DNA of 64,000 nucleotides from a virus (IMGVR_UViG_3300009537_004349), one strand, 5' to 3'. Positions 39,799-49,936 are shown, counted from the stretch's first letter. The notes: a model not told the origin generated them from the sequence alone. Program-made: numbers and translations.

Positions 39799-40642
39799 TC
39801 TGTACCTCTCTAAGTTGTTTGATTGCGGAATTGTATCCTCTCATTACCAATGTGTCATACGCCATAGTATTGAGGGCTGAAATATCTCCAACGGGTGGGG
39901 ATATCAGAACTATCTGCCTATCGGGATATCTGGATTGACAGATGCTAATTCCTCGTTGGGACTTATCTCCTAAAAGCATATTAGTAATCTGTGATCCAAT
40001 ATTCCACATACTGGATTGCCCTATTCCTTTTACATATGGCGAATATATGTCAGATACGATAACTACTTCAGCGCCTAAATCCATAGCTTCGTTTACAGAC
40101 AGTGGTCTTTTTATCTCGCCATCTACATAGAATTCACCATTTATCTCAACTGGCCTAAACAAAACAGGCACACAGCAGCTTGCTGTGATAGCTTTAGAGA
40201 TAGATATATGGTCATTCTTTTTTGGACCAATCAGCATACCCTCATGTCTATCTAGATTAGTCACAGATACATACGTGGGAATGGGCAATTCATTAAAGTT
40301 GTTTACTGGCAAGTTACTTGCCAAGAACCTCTCAGCATAATCCAAATCAAAAATTCCGCTCTTGATTTTTGTGCTAAAAAAGTTCCTAAATGTCATCATG
40401 CGTTTCCAGCCAAAAGCAGGAAAATCATATTTGCGCTTCCAAAATGGACGGAAGTTATCTACAATTCTATCCGTATCTTTGTATATGCTATACAGCACAA
40501 CCCCTATAGCGCCCGCAGATGTTCCTAACATCAGGTCAAATTTGATTCCCATTTTTTCGCAGGCACGAATAACTCCTGCGTGGGCAATAGCTCTACCGCC
40601 GCCACCTGTAGCGACGAGAGCCACTTTTTTATTCTCGAACAT
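39788..40642 (-). CDS. Patatin-like phospholipase
   Basis: GGGGRAIAH oxyanion loop, GTSAG nucleophile, ASCCVPVLF, YVDG. Confidence 0.92.
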   Translation of the reverse strand: MFENKKVALVATGGGGRAIAHAGVIRACEKMGIKFDLMLGTSAGAIGVVLYSIYKDTDRIVDNFRPFWKRKYDFPAFGWKRMMTFRNFFSTKIKSGIFDLDYAERFLASNLPVNNFNELPIPTYVSVTNLDRHEGMLIGPKKNDHISISKAITASCCVPVLFRPVEINGEFYVDGEIKRPLSVNEAMDLGAEVVIVSDIYSPYVKGIGQSSMWNIGSQITNMLLGDKSQRGISICQSRYPDRQIVLISPPVGDISALNTMAYDTLVMRGYNSAIKQLREVQNGP

Positions 40643-40653
40643 ATACCCAACCC

Positions 40654-41085
40654 TTAAGGGCTTTTTGGAATTTTGTTATACAAGTCTCCACCCTTTACAA
40701 CTAAAGTATAGTGACCTCCGTATGTCACGGCGCACATTTCTACGCTGGGGTCAATGACTCCTGCCTTACCTACTAAGCCAGACATAATTAGGTTCTTAAC
40801 TGCCCAATCGGGCAACCAGCACGCAGCCTTTATAGCTTTGTTTTGAAACGGAAAAATGCTTTCTGTGAGTACAGTGCCTCCGTATCCATTGTTAGTTCCA
40901 ACCAAGTCAGACAATACGAAAGGACCAGAGAACATATTATCTACTTCAAATGCTACACCACTGGGTTTGTTTTTTTGATACACTGATGCTAAGCGTACCC
41001 CAACCGTAGCACCATCTATAAGCTGTTGGCGGTCACACACAACATAAACTTTGTCAGGTATGACCGCCTTAACAGGAATATACAT
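40654..41085 (-). CDS. Hypothetical protein
   Basis: 1-bp overlap with upstream gene. Confidence 0.65.
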   Translation of the reverse strand: MYIPVKAVIPDKVYVVCDRQQLIDGATVGVRLASVYQKNKPSGVAFEVDNMFSGPFVLSDLVGTNNGYGGTVLTESIFPFQNKAIKAACWLPDWAVKNLIMSGLVGKAGVIDPSVEMCAVTYGGHYTLVVKGGDLYNKIPKSP

Positions 41086-41957
41086 TACGGGGTTTCCTCT
41101 TCGTCCTCTTCAACCTTAGGGGGTTCACTTTCAGTGATGTCCTTATAGGTTTGATACAGCTTTTGAACCAAGTCGTTGTGCTCGATACATCCGGCAAACA
41201 AAACTAGATTAAGCTCATCCTCGGTTGGAGATGGATCAAAGACTTGAATTTGTTTGAACTTGGGAAATCTGTTTAGATAGACTTCCAAAGTCTTTAGTCT
41301 TTCCATAGGCTTCAGCTCACTAAACAAACTAAAGTCTACTATCTCAAATACCCTATCAAAATAGCTGAGCTTGGATAGTGCCTTGAGGGCAATAACCATT
41401 TGATGCTTGGTAATCAACTTGCGATTGCCATAGTCATTAATGCATAGAGCCAGGGCTCGCACCTCTGGTCTATCATCTGCCAGCACTCTCTGAAGGAATG
41501 GGGCAAAATGCTTATTGCTCACCTTATTTAGCACCGACAATGCCTCAGAAGCAACCACTGGATTCTGATTTAGAACATGGTCCATTACCTGATTAAGGCT
41601 GTCCACATCGTTATCATCTGCAAGGTTATATAGAAACTTATGAGTAAGCTTGTCTTTCCCCTCGTCCTTGAGTCGAGCCTTGTTAGCAGCATTAACCCAA
41701 TTGAACAGCAACGGATGCTTCTCTTGTGGAAACTTCTCAAATATTTCTTCAGGGGTGTACTCGCCCAACACACTATTAACATGCTCTCGCAGGTCCTTGA
41801 TGCTGGATGGCTGACTTTGGACACACTCGAAGAACATATCCAGCGTGTCCAGATTGGTGATTCTACGCCTTAGTGCGTTCACTGCCAACTCACCTGGCAG
41901 TCGATAACATACTTCTTCCCAGGGCATGTCATCAAATGCTTGGTCAAAAATACTCAT
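41085..41957 (-). CDS. Unannotated helical protein, paralog family member 2
   Basis: IALKALSKL...[18 protein letters not shown]...[28 protein letters not shown]. Confidence 0.75.
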   Translation of the reverse strand: MSIFDQAFDDMPWEEVCYRLPGELAVNALRRRITNLDTLDMFFECVQSQPSSIKDLREHVNSVLGEYTPEEIFEKFPQEKHPLLFNWVNAANKARLKDEGKDKLTHKFLYNLADDNDVDSLNQVMDHVLNQNPVVASEALSVLNKVSNKHFAPFLQRVLADDRPEVRALALCINDYGNRKLITKHQMVIALKALSKLSYFDRVFEIVDFSLFSELKPMERLKTLEVYLNRFPKFKQIQVFDPSPTEDELNLVLFAGCIEHNDLVQKLYQTYKDITESEPPKVEEDEEETP

Positions 41958-42412
41958 TTCTCTTTCCCTTGTTGTTGCGGTTTAGGATTGTACGGTTTCT
42001 TCTTGAAATTGTTGTTGAACTTTTTGCCCTTGTAGCCACCAGAAGGCTTATTGCCAGTCTTATTATACGGCCTATTGTTAGGCTTAGAGTTAGAGGATGG
42101 CCCTCTGGAATCTCTAGACTGATAATTGTTATTCTGTGGACGAGGCTTTAGCGGAATCTTCTGGGTCTTATCCTTATTCCACTTAAAGTTCTGATTCGTT
42201 CCTGCTCTAGCCTTACGTGCTGCGAGCTTTTTGTCGCGCTTCAGAGCCCTCTTTCGAGCTGCTGCTTGCTTCTTCTTTCTCTTTACACTTGGTTTTTCAT
42301 AGAATTCATGCTTCTTAAGGTCAGCCAGTACGCCCGATTTTTCTACTGCGCGTTTGAACCTCTTTAAAAGAGACTCTATGTTCTCATTAGGTCTAGCTTT
42401 TACAAATGCCAT
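41954..42412 (-). CDS. rpsU: Ribosomal protein bS21 with long basic low-complexity C-terminal extension
   Basis: [45 protein letters not shown] is the bS21 signature; 152 aa versus ~60-70 typical. Confidence 0.93.
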   Translation of the reverse strand: MAFVKARPNENIESLLKRFKRAVEKSGVLADLKKHEFYEKPSVKRKKKQAAARKRALKRDKKLAARKARAGTNQNFKWNKDKTQKIPLKPRPQNNNYQSRDSRGPSSNSKPNNRPYNKTGNKPSGGYKGKKFNNNFKKKPYNPKPQQQGKEK

Positions 42413-42448
42413 AATATCTCCTTGTTAATGTAAGTAAAATCGTGCGCA

Positions 42449-42482
42449 AATACAAAAGGGGTTGGCTTTTACACCAACCCCT
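42449..42482 (-). terminator. Intrinsic terminator
   Basis: AGGGGTTGG-N8-CCAACCCCT then TTTGTATTT. Confidence 0.8.
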
Positions 42483-42487
42483 CTCGT

Positions 42488-42778
42488 TTATTCGGAGTCT
42501 GATTCTGAAACTTCTGCTGTCTCAGTGGGACTAGCAACCGCTGCGGCATCTGCCTCTCGCTGTTGCTGAGCCAATGCCTCACGGCTTTCCTGAGTAGCAG
42601 TCAACAGATTCACAAACTCGCTAAATTGCGAACCAGGAATCACGGTAGATGCGCCACTGCCCTTACCACGTCGGGTACGGAATGTAACATTACCTTCTCC
42701 ATCTACGTCCAGCGTATCTCGCACGATGTCGATTACGCCTTGCTCTTGCTCAGGCTCCTTACTAAAAACACTTGCCAT
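42488..42778 (-). CDS. Hypothetical protein
   Basis: Strong GGAGGTG SD and own terminator. Confidence 0.75.
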   Translation of the reverse strand: MASVFSKEPEQEQGVIDIVRDTLDVDGEGNVTFRTRRGKGSGASTVIPGSQFSEFVNLLTATQESREALAQQQREADAAAVASPTETAEVSESDSE

Positions 42779-42789
42779 TTTTCACCTCC

Positions 42790-43656
42790 TTACTTTTTTA
42801 GTGTGTTGTTGACAAGATTGTCAAACTCTTTGATTAGTTCAACTACTTGGTCGTTGTACTTCAATGAGCACGGAAACAGAAAGGTTTCTACTTCCTCATG
42901 ACTGGGAATATCAGTAAAAGGATTATTGTCTTTCTGTTTGTTATAGCTGTTGAGCATTCCCAACAGTTGACGCATAGCGTCTATTCTTGCTTTTGGACCC
43001 AAGTGTCCAAGCATTTTGAAATCTACTTTTGATTTTACAGATCTTTGTTTTGATAGCTTAGATAATGCCTTAAGCCCCTTCAAAGTATATTTTTCATTTA
43101 CATCATCTCTCGATAATAGGTAAACACTCACAGCTGGAGTAGATTTACCTAGAGCCTTGCAGGCGTCTTCAAGATAATCCTTAGATATGTGTTGAAACAA
43201 TGTTTCTACAGCCTTAAGATTATCTGTGCTTCTCCGACTCTTGTAAATATTGGTAAGTCTTGAAAGTGCTGGTACTACCAGAGACGAGTCACTCGGTATG
43301 GATTCCGCAATCCAGACACACTTATTTGTGTCGTCTTGTAGCCAAGCAACAGTGAGTTTTTCTTTTAGGTCATCATCGAGCCATTGTTTGTATGCCTCGA
43401 ATCTCCACCATTCTATATTATCACTATTGCCCAGATGGCTATCAAGAATAGAGTTTACTCTCTTTCTTGTTTCAGGTAATACCCTGTGCAAATCCCCATA
43501 ACACATGTAGTAGTATGCTTCAGCCAGTGATTCAACATCAACAAACTTCTTTGCTATATGAGGATCTAATGCTGCGCATCTCTCCTGGTCACCGGGATTT
43601 AACTCCGACAGCAAATCAAAGATGTTAGCATCTTCATAGTTTGTTTCACCTGACAT
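42790..43656 (-). CDS. Unannotated helical protein, paralog family member 3
   Basis: KGLKALSKL...MLGHLGPKARIDAMRQLL...PSHEEVETFLFPCSLKYNDQVVELIKEF. Confidence 0.75.
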   Translation of the reverse strand: MSGETNYEDANIFDLLSELNPGDQERCAALDPHIAKKFVDVESLAEAYYYMCYGDLHRVLPETRKRVNSILDSHLGNSDNIEWWRFEAYKQWLDDDLKEKLTVAWLQDDTNKCVWIAESIPSDSSLVVPALSRLTNIYKSRRSTDNLKAVETLFQHISKDYLEDACKALGKSTPAVSVYLLSRDDVNEKYTLKGLKALSKLSKQRSVKSKVDFKMLGHLGPKARIDAMRQLLGMLNSYNKQKDNNPFTDIPSHEEVETFLFPCSLKYNDQVVELIKEFDNLVNNTLKK

Positions 43657-44828
43657 TAGTACTCTCTCTTCTCATTAGGGATTAACACACGTTGGCCCCA
43701 CTTAGGAAGATAGTTCATACCATCTTCTTCTGTGCAGCACCACAAAACTGGATAGCTCGGAGCCTTTTCTGGAAAGCTACCATACGCATCTGTAAGGTAG
43801 ATAAGCAGTTCTGGCTGCATATTATCCTTCTCAACTCTCTCAAACACAGGCCGCATGTCAGTACCACCACCACCGGCCATCTTAATCTGGCTCAAGAAAT
43901 CACCAAACTTGTTAATCTTCACCACTTCTTGAACCCTGCAGTCACAACTTATTGCCGTAACCTCAGAAACTAAGTGGCGAATCTTATTGATTTCACCAGC
44001 AAACTGCTCTAGGCAGTAACGACCAATAGAACCAGAGGTGTCAATGGCCACAATCACCTTGCCGATGATATAGTTACGCAAGTCTGGCAGGTAAATATCC
44101 TGACCTAGATAACGCTTGTTGACACGAGTGTAGGAATAATCGTCCTTAGAGAGAGCTTGTCCAACATACTTGTGGAAAATCCTCTCCCACTTAACCTTAT
44201 TCTTACGCAACTTATCAATCCAGCGCTTCAGACCAGCAGGCACATTGCCCTTGCCCTTTGTGTTTTTGGTCATCTCATAAGCAGTTACAATCTTGTCTTC
44301 CATATCATCCCAGCCGCCTTCATCAGAAGCCTCGATGTGCATATCGAAAGTCTTAAACTTTGATACATCCTTTGGAAGGTCATCATAAATCTGCTCAGCA
44401 TTCATATCAGAATACTTCTGGTCAATAAGCAGTCCATCAGGAAGCTGATAGCCCATCTGCTTGATTTCCCAGTTGATTGCAAAGTCAGCTGCTACGTTCC
44501 AGCGCTTATGCTCCCTATTCAGCCTACGCTTTGGAGTACAGTGCATATAGATGCAGTGACTAATCTCATGCAGGAGAACGCCGAATACCTCTTCGTCATT
44601 CAACGACATCACGAACTCAGGGTTATAGAAAACCCTCGCTCCATCTGTTGCCATAGTGGGAATAACTGATTCAGGAATGAAGTCAGTCATAGAAAGTAGA
44701 ACGCCATAGAAGGGCTGCTGTAGCAAGAGCCTCGCACGACTGGTACCCATTCGTTCTTTAGCGTTATGTAATACTGTTGGGTCAACCTCTTTATCCCCTA
44801 CAGGCAGTCTATCTCGAAAATCACTCAT
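43656..44828 (-). CDS. DUF2201-type metallopeptidase-like domain plus vWA domain protein
   Basis: TMATDG, LLHEISH, WNVAADFAIN; vWA MIDAS DTSGS, GGGGTD, YLTDAYG; likely start MSDFRD at 44828. Confidence 0.9.
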   Translation of the reverse strand: MSDFRDRLPVGDKEVDPTVLHNAKERMGTSRARLLLQQPFYGVLLSMTDFIPESVIPTMATDGARVFYNPEFVMSLNDEEVFGVLLHEISHCIYMHCTPKRRLNREHKRWNVAADFAINWEIKQMGYQLPDGLLIDQKYSDMNAEQIYDDLPKDVSKFKTFDMHIEASDEGGWDDMEDKIVTAYEMTKNTKGKGNVPAGLKRWIDKLRKNKVKWERIFHKYVGQALSKDDYSYTRVNKRYLGQDIYLPDLRNYIIGKVIVAIDTSGSIGRYCLEQFAGEINKIRHLVSEVTAISCDCRVQEVVKINKFGDFLSQIKMAGGGGTDMRPVFERVEKDNMQPELLIYLTDAYGSFPEKAPSYPVLWCCTEEDGMNYLPKWGQRVLIPNEKREY

Positions 44829-44832
44829 TGTT

Positions 44833-45789
44833 TTATCCTCTGTCTTGTTCAAAGATTTGTGGCACACAGTACCGTTTGTCAAAAGTTTTTAGTAAGCGCT
44901 CTACTCTATTATAGTATCTAAGGAAACAACTAAACAAAAGCTCTTTCATTTCTTCTTCAGACTTTATGTCATCAAAGTTAAGAGATGTTTTGTTCTCTCC
45001 CCAATACATTATTGACTCTAATATGTTAAGTCTAGTAATAGATGGAATGTCCTTCCATACTTTCTTACCCAAGGGCACTGTTATTTTTGGCACATTCTTT
45101 TTCCTGGTACCTATATTTCTTAGCGCCCTAACTACATATCTGTGTGGTGTATTTGGATTCTGAAGAACGTGAAAGGTTACTTCCTTATTTTTCTTTTGTT
45201 CGCCCTTGAATATTGGAGTCATAAAAGTATCAATCATTTCTTCTGGCATGGTAGCCAACAGGTGCCCTTGAGCACCCCATGAAACGCATGAACCTTTCAT
45301 AACTCTTTCGGCTATTCCCATAGCCAAATCATTTTTATTGTCGTAAAGCCATTTGTAGTCCAATGATGTATCGTTAACCACACTAGATTCGCCTTGGGCA
45401 TACTTGCTAAGCTCTATATCCCTACTCTTGTCGTCTAACCAATCCCATACAACAAAGTCACTTCGATTTGGAAGATAATACTCTCCCTTGCACGCCTCTA
45501 CCATAGCATCACAGTTATTACGAATGTGCGTATTATACGCAGCATATAATTCTGGATATTGAACTAACTGTTTATCTAGTTCTTTGAATCTGGTAAAGAC
45601 CTGTGCAACTTCCCTATGGGATATTTGATTTATGCGGTTAACAAGAATCTTTTCAATTCTTACATCCGCGTCGAGAAACTCAACTACTTTGTTTACATCT
45701 ATACTCGATAGTTGTTCTTCTGTCAAGGTACAAATGTCTAATCCAAAGAGTTCTCCCCAGCTACTTTTAAGCTCTTTCTTGTATACCAT
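44833..45789 (-). CDS. Unannotated helical protein, paralog family member 4
   Basis: VRALRNI...WKDIPSITRLNILESI...KSEEEMKELLFSCFLRYYNRVERLLKTF. Confidence 0.75.
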   Translation of the reverse strand: MVYKKELKSSWGELFGLDICTLTEEQLSSIDVNKVVEFLDADVRIEKILVNRINQISHREVAQVFTRFKELDKQLVQYPELYAAYNTHIRNNCDAMVEACKGEYYLPNRSDFVVWDWLDDKSRDIELSKYAQGESSVVNDTSLDYKWLYDNKNDLAMGIAERVMKGSCVSWGAQGHLLATMPEEMIDTFMTPIFKGEQKKNKEVTFHVLQNPNTPHRYVVRALRNIGTRKKNVPKITVPLGKKVWKDIPSITRLNILESIMYWGENKTSLNFDDIKSEEEMKELLFSCFLRYYNRVERLLKTFDKRYCVPQIFEQDRG

Positions 45790-45819
45790 TACTATCTTTC
45801 TGTTAGGCTTATTCTTATT

Positions 45820-45858
45820 GAAGAGAAGCCCCTGGCAGTATTACACCACCAGGGGCTT
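45820..45858 (-). terminator. Stable hairpin / probable terminator after AAA gene
   Basis: AAGCCCCTGG-N13-CCAGGGGCTT then CTCTTC. Confidence 0.65.
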
Positions 45859-45874
45859 GAGAAAGGAAGACAAA

Positions 45875-46969
45875 TTATCGGACAATCTTCATGATTTCCT
45901 TGACCCTGGTCTTGAAGGCTGGGTGCTTTGACATAGCCTCCATGGTCTTCAGAGTCTGTTGCTTCAGGAAGATAACCCTAAGCTCAGGAGAAAGCAGTCC
46001 CAAGAAGTTTGCGATATGATCCTCAGACTTCTTGATACCGTTCTTTCTCTTACGGAGTGCGAAGGCAACCGCCAAAGCAACAGCGTACTTGAACGACTGC
46101 TCCTTGCTCTCCCAAGGCTGTGGCATATGACCACTGAAGATTGCTTCTGGGTCAACGTTACGGTAAACATTAGACCATACCACGAACTCAGAGGCAGGAC
46201 CCTTACCAACCGCTGCGGTTAGCAGCTCCTTCTGGTCCTTTTGCTGCTTGGTTGCCTTGATGAGGTTAGATGCGATAACCCAAGAACGTGGGCTTGGGAA
46301 AGCGTGGTCATCGGTCTGCTTGTACAGCAACTCCTGCTTGAAGTGCAGGAAGCCAATGACGTCATCACAGACATCATTCTCACGAGCCCAGGCAGCCCAG
46401 GACTCAACATCAGGCTCGATGTCCAAGTGAATCATACGATTCGCAAGAGCCGAACCGAGAGGTGCGGAGAAAGCCCCGTCCTCTTCTCGGTTACCAGCGG
46501 CTACGATAGCCCAGTCATCAGGCAGCTCGTAGGTGCCAACCATACGGTCGAGAACCAACTGCAGCGATGCATTCTTTACGGACACAGGCGCTTTCTCAAT
46601 CTCATCGAGGAAGACAACGCCAGGACCTTCTGGGCAACAACCCACTGGAACAACCACAGTTTCGGTAACAGTGTTGCCATCGGCATCCACCTTGGTCACC
46701 TCACGAGTGGTCTCAGTAGCAGCCCGCTCTGGCCAGAAGCCAGGCAGGAACCAATCTGCTCGATTAGTGTCCCTATTGGGCATCGGAACGCCACGCAAAT
46801 CGGTGGGCTCCAACTGAGCCAGACGCAAATCCAGGTTCTTACGACCCAGCTCTGCAGAAATCTGGTGGATTAGAGAACTCTTGCCAATACCGGGAGGTCC
46901 CCAGAGCATGACAGGAGTGTTCATACGAATCGAATTCTTTACAATCTTGTAAGCTTCAGATAGCTTCAT
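45875..46969 (-). CDS. MoxR-like AAA+ ATPase
   Basis: GPPGIGKS Walker A, VFLDE Walker B, AAGNREED, SALANRMIH, FPSPRSW. Confidence 0.93.
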   Translation of the reverse strand: MKLSEAYKIVKNSIRMNTPVMLWGPPGIGKSSLIHQISAELGRKNLDLRLAQLEPTDLRGVPMPNRDTNRADWFLPGFWPERAATETTREVTKVDADGNTVTETVVVPVGCCPEGPGVVFLDEIEKAPVSVKNASLQLVLDRMVGTYELPDDWAIVAAGNREEDGAFSAPLGSALANRMIHLDIEPDVESWAAWARENDVCDDVIGFLHFKQELLYKQTDDHAFPSPRSWVIASNLIKATKQQKDQKELLTAAVGKGPASEFVVWSNVYRNVDPEAIFSGHMPQPWESKEQSFKYAVALAVAFALRKRKNGIKKSEDHIANFLGLLSPELRVIFLKQQTLKTMEAMSKHPAFKTRVKEIMKIVR

Positions 46970-46972
46970 AAC

Positions 46973-47167
46973 TTAATTTCTCCTTGAATCTGTTTGAAGT
47001 TTGAGAGTTTTTGCATCCTCAGTAATATCTATTCCGAGCGACAACAAATCATCCCTGGCGGCCACATGACGATTACACTCATCGCACTCCGGACCATCCT
47101 CGGTTATAATCACTTGGTAACTGCCACAATTGTTGCATGTTACGCTTGGTATTTTTTCTACTTTCAT
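46973..47167 (-). CDS. Zn-ribbon small protein
   Basis: CNNC..CDEC. Confidence 0.55.
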   Translation of the reverse strand: MKVEKIPSVTCNNCGSYQVIITEDGPECDECNRHVAARDDLLSLGIDITEDAKTLKLQTDSRRN

Positions 47168-47175
47168 TTCTACTC

Positions 47176-47430
47176 TTAGATTTCCACTTCCTCAGTGTCC
47201 AATCCAGAGAGCTGAAGGGTGAGTACTTCCTTCTTACGATACTCAGGTGTCTGCTGTAGAATCTCTTCTACATCATAACCATTCTTGTGAAGAAGCATTA
47301 CTTCCTTGTGCTGCTCTAGATGGGCTTCACACATTGGAACCTTAATCTGTTGCTGGAAGAGCTTACGCTCAGTTACCTTGCCAGTACAAGGTGTGCCCAT
47401 ATTCCATACACACTTTAGTTCTTTTGACAT
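47176..47430 (-). CDS. Hypothetical protein
   Basis: C..C..CEAH; ends KKEVLTLQLSG. Confidence 0.65.
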   Translation of the reverse strand: MSKELKCVWNMGTPCTGKVTERKLFQQQIKVPMCEAHLEQHKEVMLLHKNGYDVEEILQQTPEYRKKEVLTLQLSGLDTEEVEI

Positions 47431-47434
47431 GTTT

Positions 47435-47842
47435 CTAACTCCCTAACATTTCTTTTTTAGCCACCCTTACATACTCCGCAATGAGTCGCTTGGGTAATTT
47501 GATTGTGAGCAGTTTAGCCCTAAGAACGTCTCGATACCATTCTCCCTCAAGACCATCAAAGGGTTTTCCGTAATACTCCCACAAATCTGTTATGTCTTCT
47601 CTAACATCCATGGGTTCGCCATCAATGCCAGAATATCTATCTTCATCATCCTCATCAGAACCAAAGTAATCCAACATGGATTGGAACTCTGCATCCCAAT
47701 GGGTGATAAGATGTGCCGCAAATTGTCTAGCACCTCCACCAAGCTCATTAGTTAGGTCCAGATATTCTTGGGTGAAACAAATTTCACCATCGGCGTCCAT
47801 TTTACAGATGGTTACCCATTCTTCCTCATCCGGAAAAATCAT
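47435..47842 (-). CDS. Hypothetical acidic protein
   Basis: ORF in tiled run. Confidence 0.6.
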   Translation of the reverse strand: MIFPDEEEWVTICKMDADGEICFTQEYLDLTNELGGGARQFAAHLITHWDAEFQSMLDYFGSDEDDEDRYSGIDGEPMDVREDITDLWEYYGKPFDGLEGEWYRDVLRAKLLTIKLPKRLIAEYVRVAKKEMLGS

Positions 47843-47843
47843 A

Positions 47844-48218
47844 TCAAACCTCTACGTGTTCTGAACTTGTTCTTGATGCCACTGCACGGTCAAGCAATAC
47901 ACTATCGATATTGCCGAATGTGCGAAGTAACTCTACAATATTCTCTCGTGGAACTCGTCCACGGAGCCCCGAATCATGCACCTGGACATTGGTTCCCACC
48001 ATATATCCATAGCCTTCACTTTCGCTTGCTGCAAGAGCCGCACGTCTACTGGCAATCATCTTACCAGTATCCTTCTTGAAAGTGTCACCTGCGTCGGTAT
48101 TGCATCGTGAGATTCCGAAGTACACAGTATCTCCATCCCTCACAGTGACCAACGTGTTCTTGGGTGTACGATTGTCTACTCTGCCATAGCGTACCATTGC
48201 GTTTTCAGTCTTACTCAT
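47844..48218 (-). CDS. Hypothetical protein
   Basis: ORF in tiled run. Confidence 0.65.
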   Translation of the reverse strand: MSKTENAMVRYGRVDNRTPKNTLVTVRDGDTVYFGISRCNTDAGDTFKKDTGKMIASRRAALAASESEGYGYMVGTNVQVHDSGLRGRVPRENIVELLRTFGNIDSVLLDRAVASRTSSEHVEV

Positions 48219-49527
48219 CTTCTAACTCCTGTTCCTTTGCTAATTTGATTTGTTCACTCAACAAACATTCATGCATTTCTTTATCGCCTAGTTCAGTACG
48301 GTCTGCATTAAATCTTGGGAATTGTAATGCTCCTGTACCAGGCTGAGCTGAATCGTATTCGATTCTCCATACTCTTGGATAACTGGCATTGGTATAAAAC
48401 TCTCTCAGCTCATCTGAGAGACCACCACCACATTTTCCAAGAAATACTTCATTTCCTTCTTCGTCTAGTTGGTAACAGTATACACTGCCCAACTTTCCAT
48501 AATTTTTCCCTTTACCAACTAAGCCTATTCCATTCTCTGGGTCATATCTAACAATGAAATCATCTTCATATGTAGGCTTACTCTTCCATAATAGGTTCGG
48601 CCTGTATGGCTTGCCGTTGAAAGTAAAAGCAGCATCACTATCCATAATACCTTCGCTGTCCCATACAACCAATCCTTCCATGCCTCTTTCTTCCATAGAC
48701 TCTAGAGCTTCTGTGTGGAGTTTATCCACGACCTCGATAGCTTCTATATATTCAGAGTTACATAGTTCTGTCAACTCTTTTACTTTCTTTAATCTATCTT
48801 TGAAGGGGGTTGAGGTTAGGAGACATTCTTCATTGTAAAAGGCTACATCAAAAATATAGTATAGTGCCTTACCCCATTTATCTTGTCTCTCTATTGACTT
48901 CTCGGGGTCACACCTGCATATCTTGCTGGCTTTATTTAGACTGTCTCTGCCATTATCATCTAGCAGAACTATCTCCCCTAAAAGAATGATTCCCTTGGGT
49001 AGATTGCTGAAAGCCTCAACTAAATGAGGGTAGTTGGCTGTGACAACATCCATGCGCCTGGAATAAACTTCTGTTCCAAAGGCATCTGATGTTCGAACGA
49101 TGTGCATCATTCCATTACGTTTAACAGTATACACCGCTCGCTTGCTTTTTTCAAGCGTTTTTATCTTTTTTTCGTCGATTGAATTTTTTGGCTTGTAAAA
49201 ACAAAGCTCTTTAGGGAGGGGTTGTGAAAAGTCAATGCTTTGCTCTTGATGCACCGACTCAAGTGTTTCGGAATATCCTTCCTTCTTTTTCTTTACTATC
49301 TTTCTTTCAAGCTCTAAATTAGCTTGCTGGAGAGAAGAAGTCTCATTAGCTTTACCTTCATTAACTCCCTTGGAGATAACATCGATAGTAATTTGCTTCT
49401 TCCCATCGAGCAGGCCCCACTCATAATGAATCTCGGGGTAACCAGAATCTCCCTGGTCAACTACCTGGCCTGCCCAAACCTTAATCTTACCAGTCTTGGC
49501 TTTCTGATAAAGTGTCGTCTTGCTCAT
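48211..49527 (-). CDS. lig: ATP-dependent DNA ligase with N-terminal WGR-like domain
   Basis: Motif I VKRNG, GEIV, YIFDV, EGLVV, WKSK, OB-fold LGKCGGGLSDE, LQFPRF; N-terminal KIKVW..YEWGLLDGKKQ. Confidence 0.85.
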   Translation of the reverse strand: MSKTTLYQKAKTGKIKVWAGQVVDQGDSGYPEIHYEWGLLDGKKQITIDVISKGVNEGKANETSSLQQANLELERKIVKKKKEGYSETLESVHQEQSIDFSQPLPKELCFYKPKNSIDEKKIKTLEKSKRAVYTVKRNGMMHIVRTSDAFGTEVYSRRMDVVTANYPHLVEAFSNLPKGIILLGEIVLLDDNGRDSLNKASKICRCDPEKSIERQDKWGKALYYIFDVAFYNEECLLTSTPFKDRLKKVKELTELCNSEYIEAIEVVDKLHTEALESMEERGMEGLVVWDSEGIMDSDAAFTFNGKPYRPNLLWKSKPTYEDDFIVRYDPENGIGLVGKGKNYGKLGSVYCYQLDEEGNEVFLGKCGGGLSDELREFYTNASYPRVWRIEYDSAQPGTGALQFPRFNADRTELGDKEMHECLLSEQIKLAKEQELEDE

Positions 49528-49930
49528 CTATACCACTCATTCTGTTGACTAACCATAGTCTCTTTGATTCTTTCATTGCCTCTAAGGTCTCTTTATTCTC
49601 TTCTAATCTCTGCTCAGAATACTTAATAGCATCTTGTGCTTTCTCAAAATCTTTATCAGTCAGATGTTCCTTGCAGTACATACCTGGCCCTGGACAAACA
49701 TGATTACATGTTTCCTTGTACAAAGACTCTCGGTGAATACAGCCGAATCCCTTGAATGCAAAGAAGTAATCTATCTCTTTCTCGCCTATATCTCGCTTTT
49801 GATATTCATATGTTGCGCCGCATGAAGTACATTTTGCACCATTTTCTAAGCGCCCTACGTTTATCTTGCCGTCACATCTCAAACAATTTGTTTGTGGCAT
49901 GTGTATAGTTCCTGTGATTTTAAGAGTCAA
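49487..49930 (-). CDS. Cys-rich Zn-binding protein with coiled coil
   Basis: CLRC..CTSC..C..CPGPGMYCKEH. Confidence 0.6.
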   Translation of the reverse strand: MTLKITGTIHMPQTNCLRCDGKINVGRLENGAKCTSCGATYEYQKRDIGEKEIDYFFAFKGFGCIHRESLYKETCNHVCPGPGMYCKEHLTDKDFEKAQDAIKYSEQRLEENKETLEAMKESKRLWLVNRMSGIDEQDDTLSESQDW

Positions 49931-49936
49931 TTTCCG

